In this document: positions 11,143-19,307 of the stretch, piece after piece
Position numbering within the stretch: position 1 is the first letter of the stretch
Layout of the letters: each line of letters begins with the position of its first letter
Origin: an uncultured Rivularia sp.
GTDB taxonomy: Bacteria > Cyanobacteriota > Cyanobacteriia > Cyanobacteriales > Nostocaceae
NCBI GenBank assembly: GCA_963665115.1
Contig: OY762007.1
Coordinates: forward strand, 1,024,001-1,088,000
Reading direction: 5' to 3'
DNA: 64,000 nt
Position numbers and translations under genes: made by a program
Notes under the pieces: generated by a model
What the model saw: only the letters and a program-made list of their open reading frames with translations
The model's database searches: none
What the model was told of the DNA's origin: nothing

Positions 11143-11166
11143 AAACCCAATTAAAAAACCGGGTTT
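11143..11166. terminator. Hairpin between convergent genes
   Basis: AAACCC...GGGTTT inverted repeat, similar to the one at 1682. Confidence 0.45.
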
Positions 11167-11190
11167 CCAAACACATCAAATTAATAAAAA

Positions 11191-12058
11191 TCAAACTTTA
11201 ACTTGTCGATTTCTTACTATTCCGGCAAAGGCTGCGCTAGTTACGAACATGATTAGACTGTATATTGCTGCTGGTATTGCCATATTTGGGGAATTCAAAA
11301 GTGTAGTTGCAACGGCGATGGCCAAGGTACCGTTTTGAATGCCGACTTCTACTGTAATTGCTTTAGCGCTGCTAGAATCAAGTTTACCAAGAGTTGCAAT
11401 GGTATAACCCAAAGCCATTGTTAATAAATTTAAAGTTAAAGTAACTCCACCAACTTGGAAGAAAAAGCTTGCTACGTTATTCCGTTCCTTTAAAAGTAAA
11501 CCTGCAATAATTAATCCTAAGAAGAATAGGGAAAGCCATTTAACAAATTTTTCCACCTTTGTTGCAAATTTAGGAGTGTAATTATGCAGTAACATTCCTA
11601 AAGCAACCGGAATAAAAGTTATTACCGCAATTTGAATTACTGTTTTAACAAAAGGTAACTGTAAAGCAACTGCTTCTCCCATAAACTTCTGCATTGCTAG
11701 GTTTACCACTAACGGAATAGTAAACACTGTAATTAAACTGCTAATTGCGGTAAGGGTAATTGAAAGAGCAACATTTCCCCTTACTAAATAAGTCACCATA
11801 TTAGAAGTTGGGGCCACCAGGGCAAGCCGCTAAAATCATTACTCCCACAGCTAACTCTGGTGAAAGGGGAAAAATTGTCGCTAAGAGAAAACCTATTATT
11901 GGTAAAACGATTAACTGAGCTATTAAACCAAAAATTACAGCTTTGGGTTGAATAAAAACTCGTTTAAAATCATTTAACGTAAGCCCTAAACCCATTCCCA
12001 GCATGATGATGAATAAAGCTAGGGGTAGGAAAACAGTGGTTAGAAAACTTGATTGCAT
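11191..12058 (-). CDS. Bile acid:sodium symporter (BASS) family protein; split by a +1 frameshift at the 11810-11813 G run
   Basis: MLGMGLGLT...AACPGG and TSNMVTY...EVGIQN; removing one base restores the conserved CPGGPTSN. Confidence 0.88.
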
Positions 12059-12322
12059 AATTCGATTTATATTTTAGATTTAGATTGCAGAATTTCAATT
12101 TATTTTCGATTCCGTCATATTATTAGCTCTCGAATAGTCTAAGCGTTTATTATACATAGCTCCCCTACTCTGCACGCTAACTCATCGTAACGCAGTGGGT
12201 TCTCAATCACTTTCCTTAATAAGGAAGTCGGAGGCAGACTGAGTTTTGTATTTACAACAGATTGCATTTTAAAATCCACTAAGATATTCTATACTCGATT
12301 ACCAATTACCAATTAGCAGATT

Positions 12323-13687
12323 ATGAGTTCTAAATGGAGATTAAAACCCGGTTATTTAACAGAAGGTGGCTCAGACTTAGAATCAACTTTGATTTTTTTT
12401 GGTCGTTTTCTAACTGACCGAAGTTCGGAAGACCCTTTACCAAAAAAATCTTTATTTTCTGATGATGGAAAGTTTGAATGGGACTATGCAGCACCTTTAG
12501 AAAAAGTTATTAATTCACAAGAAGATTGGGAATTTCTGCTTCAACATCCTTATTTATTTCGTAATTCATTTATTATCATTGAACCTTGGGAACATGTAGG
12601 CAAAAATAATGAATATAATGAGACAGTGAGAGCATCAAAAAATGTCGCTTTTATTGCTCAAAAAATTGCCGATTGCGATTCTATTTTACTTCCCGTTTGG
12701 CATACGGGACTTTTTGAAATGAATTCGATGATTTCTATTCTTTCTTCTAGTATGGCAATAATATTAGAAGGAGGAAATGCTTCCGTTCATGATGCTTCTC
12801 AATGGACTCATCCTAACTGTTCTAGGGAAGATATGTTAACTTTGGTCGAGCAAATCATTCTATCTCGTTCCCCTCAAAGCGCTCCCGCGATTATGATTTG
12901 TGTCAGTCATCAATTAGCAGCAGAAGCTCACATTCGTTTAATCAAACGTGCTGTTCAAGATGTACTTAATACAGAAGAACTTGTTCGTGATGTTGAAGGA
13001 GAAGCAATAATATCTTTAAAATCAATTTGTCAGAAAATTTATTCTCTAGGAGAAAAGCTGAAAATTGAGAAACGGGATGGTAGAATAGTCGCTCAAGGTT
13101 GGAATGATGCTAATTTTGCAGTGGTTCTCAATGAAGATAAAGAAATCGGCGATTGCGAATTATTACCTTACAAAACTCCCAGAGCAAAAAACTCATCTAT
13201 TCCCATCGAACTGCTTGAAGCTCACAAGATAATGGCTTATGAGTATGAAGGAGTTATTGATAAAATGATTGTAGAACATGGACGGGATGTTGATATTTCC
13301 ATGTTTCATTATGAAGAAGTCAACGAAGAAGCAATTCTGTTTGCAAATTGGGCTTACATTTATCTTCACAACGCTATTGTTTCCTACCGAGATATAATCG
13401 CTGGTAGTCAACTTTCTTGGTTATTGAAATTACCTTACTCGATAGAAATTTTAGCCTCAACAGAAGCATCGGGACAAATTTTAACTGAATGTTCCTGCAC
13501 TTGTATTAACTATAAAGACTTTGAAACCAAAAAAATCCGTCGTTCTTTCACTTGTCAATTTCATCCAGAATTATTAAGCGATTTACGAGAAATTGGTAAA
13601 CGTCCCGAACCAAATTATCAAGAATTAAAACAAAGTGATGGAATTCGGCTATTTGTTGAATTACTTTATGAAGCAATACAGGATTAA
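12323..13687 (+). CDS. Hypothetical protein with class I glutamine amidotransferase-like motifs
   Basis: EGG, ICVSHQL nucleophile elbow and QFHPE His-Glu motif. Confidence 0.65.
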   Translation: MSSKWRLKPGYLTEGGSDLESTLIFFGRFLTDRSSEDPLPKKSLFSDDGKFEWDYAAPLEKVINSQEDWEFLLQHPYLFRNSFIIIEPWEHVGKNNEYNETVRASKNVAFIAQKIADCDSILLPVWHTGLFEMNSMISILSSSMAIILEGGNASVHDASQWTHPNCSREDMLTLVEQIILSRSPQSAPAIMICVSHQLAAEAHIRLIKRAVQDVLNTEELVRDVEGEAIISLKSICQKIYSLGEKLKIEKRDGRIVAQGWNDANFAVVLNEDKEIGDCELLPYKTPRAKNSSIPIELLEAHKIMAYEYEGVIDKMIVEHGRDVDISMFHYEEVNEEAILFANWAYIYLHNAIVSYRDIIAGSQLSWLLKLPYSIEILASTEASGQILTECSCTCINYKDFETKKIRRSFTCQFHPELLSDLREIGKRPEPNYQELKQSDGIRLFVELLYEAIQD

Positions 13688-13703
13688 TAATAAGTTAGGA
13701 GTT

Positions 13704-13819
13704 ATACCATTTCTTTATAAAGATGCGCTTAATTTAGCCCACGCAGGTGGGCTTTGTTCGAGTAGCCCTACTCTTCCAGAGTGAGGGCGATTTAGCGCAG
13801 CCTCATACAGAATTGGTAT
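13704..13819. mobile_element. MITE carrying a REP-like hairpin
   Basis: TIRs ATACCATTTCT / AGAATTGGTAT; internal AGCCCACGCAGGTGGGCT. Confidence 0.7.
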
Positions 13820-13959
13820 TAGGAGTTACCAGTTCACAATCCTCAGATTTTTCACTACTCCTTTATATAGGTGAGAGCCAAATCAACTTATGCAGTTGTA
13901 ATCTGCCTTAAGTCTGTTCGAGGTAAATAAAGCGAACTAATTTATTTTCACAATATAAA

Positions 13960-13968
13960 TGTACTACA
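13960..13968. promoter_or_regulatory. TGTACTACA operator-like palindrome, copy 1
   Basis: Identical 9-mer upstream of the convergent vWA gene (17226-17234); overlaps a TACAAT -10-like hexamer. Confidence 0.5.
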
Positions 13969-14011
13969 ATAGATATAAAAGCTGAAAACTAAATTTTAAA
14001 TCCTTCTATAT

Positions 14012-14353
14012 ATGTTCTCGAATCGCAGAAACTCTCAACAGAAGCAAAATCATATTCTGTTTCGACATGGTGACGTTTTGTTAGCTCCGATTGCTACTAT
14101 TCCGCCAAGGGCACAAAAGCGTGCGGGTGTTACTTTGGCTCATGGTGAAGTCACCGGACATAGCCATCGGATTATGCAAGAAGATGCAGTTCAGCTATGG
14201 GTACGCGGGAATGAGCTTTTTCTGGAAGTTAAACAAGCAACTGCGACCTTAATTCATGAAGAGCATCGAGCCATTGAATTATCTCAAGGGATTTATCGGG
14301 TTTGGAAACAACGCGAATATCGTCCCGATGCTTATGTTGAGGTAGAAGATTAA
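14012..14353 (+). CDS. Conserved His-rich hypothetical protein, partner of DUF6745
   Basis: RHGDVLL, LAHGEVTGHSH, HEEH and QREY motifs; TAATG overlap with the next gene. Confidence 0.85.
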   Translation: MFSNRRNSQQKQNHILFRHGDVLLAPIATIPPRAQKRAGVTLAHGEVTGHSHRIMQEDAVQLWVRGNELFLEVKQATATLIHEEHRAIELSQGIYRVWKQREYRPDAYVEVED

Positions 14354-15051
14354 TGCGAACTATGATGTCCAAGGGACGTATTCCCAGGAGATTAGTTAAA
14401 CGGCGATCGCACGAAAGTAACGAACCGATAGCTCCAGAATTAGCTCGAAAAATTATCCTTGAGCATCGTGGATGGGATGGAATGAGAGTTAACGGTAATT
14501 TGGATTTAAGCGGTGCATCGCAGCTTTTTAATTTACCCGAAAATCTTACCTGTGAAACTCTCGATATCAGCGATTGTCCGAACTTAACTAATCTTCCTCA
14601 AGGTCTTCATGTTACTCATTGGATTGAATTAGCTGGCAGTGGGATTACTAATTTAGGAAAAGGACATGGTTTTGTCTTGCGGTTTAGGGGTGTGCGGGTA
14701 ACTGACCGTATTGCTTTTGAATCGGATTCGATGACAGGTCAAGATATTCTTAGTGTTGAAAATATTGAACTACGTCGAGTACTAATTGAGCGATTGGGAT
14801 ACGAAACATTTTTGCAGCAAGTTGGAGGATTAATCCGCGATCGCGATCGAGATGTTGGGGGAGAGCGTCAACTTGTATATATACCCTTTGAAGATGATGA
14901 AGCTCTGATGATTTTAAAAGTGATTTGTCCATCCACCGCACATACTCATGTATTGCGCGTTCCTCCATATATGCAAACTTGCCATCAAGCAGCCGCTTGG
15001 ATTGCCGGATTTAACAATCCGGATGATTACAATCCTTTGATTGAAGCATAA
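14353..15051 (+). CDS. DUF6745-like domain protein with short LRR-like N-terminus
   Basis: NIELRRVLIERLGY and VICPST..HVLRVPP..TCHQAAAW motifs; LDLSG..LPENL, LDISDCPNLTNLP repeats. Confidence 0.75.
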   Translation: MRTMMSKGRIPRRLVKRRSHESNEPIAPELARKIILEHRGWDGMRVNGNLDLSGASQLFNLPENLTCETLDISDCPNLTNLPQGLHVTHWIELAGSGITNLGKGHGFVLRFRGVRVTDRIAFESDSMTGQDILSVENIELRRVLIERLGYETFLQQVGGLIRDRDRDVGGERQLVYIPFEDDEALMILKVICPSTAHTHVLRVPPYMQTCHQAAAWIAGFNNPDDYNPLIEA

Positions 15052-15128
15052 AAACTCTGTAGAGACGTAGCACTGCTACGTCTTTGCACTGCTACGTCTC
15101 CAACAATGGGCAAAATCACGACTTCATT

Positions 15129-16979
15129 TTAACTAACAGCAGCAGGCTGAACAAAACGCTTAATCTGACCGCAAGCAATATAAGACTTACCGTCGGGGCC
15201 GGTTTTAATTTCATCAACAACGTAAAGCATTCCTTCTTCACGCACTGAGCGAGGAAAACGCATATTCCAATCGGGTTCGTATCCGTCAGCAACTACCCTA
15301 GCACGCAGTTTTTTTCCGTCTTTAACGCACTGAACTAAAATACCGCGATTTACAGCGTCGGTGGTAGGAAGGTCGGCAGCGCTAGCTGGACCTTTGGAAG
15401 CTTTAGCATTACTAATTCTCTGTACCTGTCTGGGAGCAACAAAATTATCTGCTTCACCGGGTTTAGCAAAACGATTGATTTTACCAGTTACACGATAAAA
15501 AGTACCGTTACTCGAAAGCTCTAATCCTTCAACAATATAGCTCGCTCCTTCAGCACGAATTGAACGGGGGAACTGAACTTTTTTAGTTGAATCGTAACCA
15601 TCGGATTTTACTTTGATCCGTAGTTTACCCTTTTCTCTAACGCAATATAATTCAACACCAGAACCAGCTTCATTTACTGTCGGCATTCTATATATTTCCG
15701 CACCCGCAGTTACACCACGACCTACCAACTCGCTGCGATTGCGAGTCATTGCTTGATAAGTCTGGTCGCGCAGTTCTTTACGTCCTGCATTGCCCAAAGC
15801 TCTTTGTGCAATCTGTTGAGCAAAATATTCAAGCTGGTCTATTTCTTCAGCTATTTCAAAATTCTCGTTTAAACCTTTATTTCGTAAGTCTTCTACAATC
15901 AACTTCAAAGCTTGTTCGGCTTCGGAATGTTTACCGTATTCAGCTAGCTCAAGAGCAGTTTCTTTGACTTTGGCAATAGTCAAGCGACTCAGATCGAGCA
16001 TGACATCACTTGAAGAAGCAAAAGCCGATTCCTCAACCGTACCAACTTTAGCAATCACGTCTAAAGTTCCGGAGACGCTCACAATCACATTATCTTGAAC
16101 TACATCAGCAGTGTAATGCAGTTTCATTACAGGTTTTTCACCAATGGGAGCATCAGAAATATCGAGACTTAATCCTAAAAGTTTATCTTCACCCTCGTAA
16201 AGTTCACCTAGAGTAATTACGGATTGACCGGAATTGTTTTGGTCAACTTGAGCAAGACTTAAAGTATCAACCAGATTCACACCATCAGCCAACTCAAGAG
16301 TAACTTTCAGATTTTGACCTACAACCGCTCTGAGACTATCTAATTCAATACTAAAAACTTCAGATGCTTCATCAATACTTTGAATAAAATAAAAGTTACC
16401 ATTAGCAGCCCTTGCCATACCAATCAAAAGGTCTTCATTGAAACCTTGAGCAAAACCCAAAGTTGTTGTTGTAATACCTTCTTCAGCTTTTTGTGCTGCC
16501 GTTGCCGTAAGTATTTGCGGGTCTATAACACCCATATTTGCGCGACCATCCGTCAGTAGAAGCACGCGGTTTATTTTTTGGCTATCAAGTTTATTTTTTA
16601 CATATTCGCAACCCTTGAGCCATCCACCAGATAGATTGGTAATACCTCCCGCTCTAACTCTGCGTATCGCATCTTTGAGCGCAGACTTATTAGTAACAGA
16701 CTGAGGTGGTATAACGGTATCTACTCTGTCATCGTAAACAACCACCGAAAGCATATCATCTGTTCCCAACTGGTCTACTACAGATTCAGCAGCTTTGAGA
16801 GCATGATGTAAAGGGGCACCAGCCATAGAACCCGAACGGTCAATTACCAAAGAAAGATTCAGGTTGCGTCTGGGAGATTCAAGGATTTCAGCAGCACGAA
16901 AACGCAACAATACATTAGCCTTTAATGAGCTTCCTGTAGGTAGGATAGCTTGGTCAAATTCGTAGCTTGTATTTATCAT
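15129..16979 (-). CDS. vWA domain protein with two tandem C-terminal repeats of an uncharacterised domain
   Basis: MIDAS motif DRSGSM...T...LLTDG; repeats GKLRIKV..GY..QFPRSIR.EG and KKLRARV..GY..RFPRSVR.EG; likely start is ATG 16979 (MINTSYEF). Confidence 0.88.
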   Translation of the reverse strand: MINTSYEFDQAILPTGSSLKANVLLRFRAAEILESPRRNLNLSLVIDRSGSMAGAPLHHALKAAESVVDQLGTDDMLSVVVYDDRVDTVIPPQSVTNKSALKDAIRRVRAGGITNLSGGWLKGCEYVKNKLDSQKINRVLLLTDGRANMGVIDPQILTATAAQKAEEGITTTTLGFAQGFNEDLLIGMARAANGNFYFIQSIDEASEVFSIELDSLRAVVGQNLKVTLELADGVNLVDTLSLAQVDQNNSGQSVITLGELYEGEDKLLGLSLDISDAPIGEKPVMKLHYTADVVQDNVIVSVSGTLDVIAKVGTVEESAFASSSDVMLDLSRLTIAKVKETALELAEYGKHSEAEQALKLIVEDLRNKGLNENFEIAEEIDQLEYFAQQIAQRALGNAGRKELRDQTYQAMTRNRSELVGRGVTAGAEIYRMPTVNEAGSGVELYCVREKGKLRIKVKSDGYDSTKKVQFPRSIRAEGASYIVEGLELSSNGTFYRVTGKINRFAKPGEADNFVAPRQVQRISNAKASKGPASAADLPTTDAVNRGILVQCVKDGKKLRARVVADGYEPDWNMRFPRSVREEGMLYVVDEIKTGPDGKSYIACGQIKRFVQPAAVS

Positions 16980-17129
16980 GACGGTAAAAGTTTTAAGTGA
17001 TATTTGATTAGATTTGAATTTATTAAAAATCAGCAATCTTAAAATGTGGAAACACTCTTCTGTTGTATTTAGGGTACCCAAAATTTTTATTGGATTTAAC
17101 ATTTTGCAATTGCCGTACAACAGGGAATA

Positions 17130-17206
17130 GAAGACTGAGGGCTTTGCAATGCCGATCCGAATGCAGCATTCTCGTTAAGCCCTAAGATTTACCTCGTCAT
17201 TCTTCG
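17130..17206 (-). ncRNA. Putative structured RNA in the vWA 5' leader
   Basis: Nested stems GAAGAATGA/TCAGTCTTC, GGGCTT/AAGCCC and AATGCTG/CGGCATT; GC-rich patch in an AT-rich spacer downstream of a TTGACA-17-TAATCT promoter. Confidence 0.4.
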
Positions 17207-17225
17207 ATCGACTTAACAGTATATT

Positions 17226-17268
17226 TGTACTACACCTTTAGATTAGTTTAACTAAATCATTTTGTCAA
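17226..17268 (-). promoter_or_regulatory. sigma70-type promoter of the vWA gene with TGTAGTACA operator near +1
   Basis: Minus strand reads TTGACA-17 bp-TAATCT-AAAGG-TGTAGTACA. Confidence 0.6.
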
Positions 17269-17313
17269 TAACGTCTGGGACAACTCGTCCTTAAATATCA
17301 ATCAACCCCACGC

Positions 17314-17424
17314 CTAGTACTTCACCAACGCAAAATTGCCGGGTGAAGACAGGGAGGGGGAAGAGAGGGGAAGAAAAAAATATGATTATTAACCCCCTGC
17401 ATAGTTCCTTTGGTGGAGTTCTTG
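17314..17424. mobile_element. MITE with purine-rich core, empty-site copy
   Basis: CTAGTACTTCACC...GGTGGAGTTCTTG imperfect TIRs; homologous to 60467-60728. Confidence 0.65.
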
Positions 17425-17654
17425 TTGTTAAAAAGGAATTTGAGAAGAGTTATTTTGTAGTGATGGAAGAAATAATCAACGATATCAAACAGAATATAGC
17501 GGATAAAATTAGATGGTCTTATCCAATTGCACTCAAGCTTCAACAATACGACTATCGTTTAGCAGTTCATAACTACTTGAGAAAATTCTACCGGGTCATG
17601 CACGTCTTTGATTAATAATGGTTCAGCAACTATCAATTTCGGAAAATCCTGCTT

Positions 17655-17764
17655 TAGTAGTTGATTGCATAAATTCTGAAGGGTTCGTTTTTTCCCGTAA
17701 CCTTCGGGAGACGTTATGTATAACGTCTCTACAACACATCGGAATTAATGAAAAGGACTAGTAG
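17655..17764. mobile_element. 110-bp MITE family copy
   Basis: TAGTAGTTGATTGCATAAATT...AATTAATGAAAAGGACTAGTAG; nearly identical to 39453 and 61149. Confidence 0.85.
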
Positions 17765-17943
17765 TTTTTTCGCAACGTTAACAGTCTGGGAAGAACAAAT
17801 CAACAGTAAAGAATGAAAATCTAAGCTGCTCAGGATTGTTTATCTTAGCAAAACGCTGTTTTTTACGAACAAGCTTTATCCAAATATCAACTGTATGTAG
17901 GAATTCTCTGCGAACAGCCACATCCTGTCCTTGTTCATACTAA

Positions 17944-19128
17944 TTAAAACTTAATTGCATAACCTGCGCTTAAGCTTATACCAATACCATCACCAAAATT
18001 ATCTGTGACATCTGTAAATATAGCATTGATAACTATAGGAGTTTTTTTAATGGGGGCAAAAGAACCACCTACATTTAAGCGATTCCCAGTCCAGCTGCTT
18101 ACCCAAGCTACTTCTGGAGCTGTTCTTATACCTATACTACCGAAGATATTAGCGGGATTTTCATTAGCTGCGATCGCGCCTTTAGAACGAAATATCCCGC
18201 TACCAACACCTAAAGAAAAGGTTAAAGGCATTTTATTATTTGGGTCATTCGGTTGCAAATCAAATGACTTTGTAACTACTCCATATATAGTATCTTTCGC
18301 TCTGTTGGAATCTCCCCAAGTCACAGGATTCGCATAACCAACCGCAACAGCACCACCATTACCAAGATATTTATGTACTTTAACCCCTAAGAAACCGCTA
18401 TCTCCAAAGTCAAAGTTACTGTTACCACCACCGACGCTGGTAATATTGGCATTAACCTCAATACCAATACTTTTAACAGTATCTCCCAAACCAAAACCAA
18501 TGGATAAAGAACCATCAGTACGTCCATCTTCTAAAGGGAAGAATAATCCGCCCCCAACGTAAGCTTGTCCCCAACTTGCACCGTAAGCGGATGGTGTACC
18601 TGCTGTAGAACCAGGTGCAGCACCAAAAGTTATTGCTTCTACAGTAATGGGGTCAATTAAAAGTTCTCGACGTAACTCATTTGCTTCTTTTAAGGTGTCG
18701 CCTATAACTTCAGAAGAATCTATTTGGGTAATTTTTTGTCCCAATTGTTTATTGATATTTTCGCAACAATAATCTTTAGATTTTTCTATAGATTTTTCTA
18801 AGTTATCTATGTTGATATACACATCACCCGTTGCTAATGGTTTATTCTCTCCTACCAACAATTTAGAAGATAAGTAAATTGGTTTTAACAACTGTTTTTT
18901 TTCAATTTCAGTCAGTTTGTTAATAGATAGTTTTAGTTTTGAATCAGATTTTAAAGTTGAGGTTATTTTTCTTGATAAATTATTTTTTTGATTTATCGTA
19001 CTGAATGCGGGCTTTTGCCAAAAGCTTAATGTAACAAGTAGAGCACATAGCAGTTTGAAGCCAAAGTACAAGTAGAAAAATAAACTAGTAGTATGATTAG
19101 GTGTTTTTTTATGCATTATTAATATCAA
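17944..19128 (-). CDS. Conserved cyanobacterial hypothetical protein, probable outer-membrane beta-barrel
   Basis: Signal-like N-terminus, Gly-rich amphipathic strands, C-terminal YAIKF. Confidence 0.6.
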   Translation of the reverse strand: MILIMHKKTPNHTTSLFFYLYFGFKLLCALLVTLSFWQKPAFSTINQKNNLSRKITSTLKSDSKLKLSINKLTEIEKKQLLKPIYLSSKLLVGENKPLATGDVYINIDNLEKSIEKSKDYCCENINKQLGQKITQIDSSEVIGDTLKEANELRRELLIDPITVEAITFGAAPGSTAGTPSAYGASWGQAYVGGGLFFPLEDGRTDGSLSIGFGLGDTVKSIGIEVNANITSVGGGNSNFDFGDSGFLGVKVHKYLGNGGAVAVGYANPVTWGDSNRAKDTIYGVVTKSFDLQPNDPNNKMPLTFSLGVGSGIFRSKGAIAANENPANIFGSIGIRTAPEVAWVSSWTGNRLNVGGSFAPIKKTPIVINAIFTDVTDNFGDGIGISLSAGYAIKF

Positions 19129-19307
19129 AATATTTGAATGTTTACTTTGGAAATATAATTTATGTGGATATAATTTTTACCGAATCAAACATACTACCTT
19201 AAAAAATAAATATTTTCGTTTTGTAGTACGTTAAGATTAGGAAAAGTGTAAGAAAGTTAGAATAATTAATCACTGCTATTTGTAAATAGCTAGATATTTA
19301 GAATGAT

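Noticed and set aside
12158..12243. Possible IS200/IS605 end remnant
   Set aside because: GC-richer patch with a small hairpin, but no second copy or transposase fragment to support it
16980..17120. N-terminal 47-aa extension of the vWA ORF from a TTG start
   Set aside because: Low-complexity AT-rich sequence in the predicted leader; ATG 16979 is more plausible
17322..17615. ORFs 17322-17546 (-) and 17343-17615 (+)
   Set aside because: They overlap a MITE and have no recognisable motifs; at most a gene remnant
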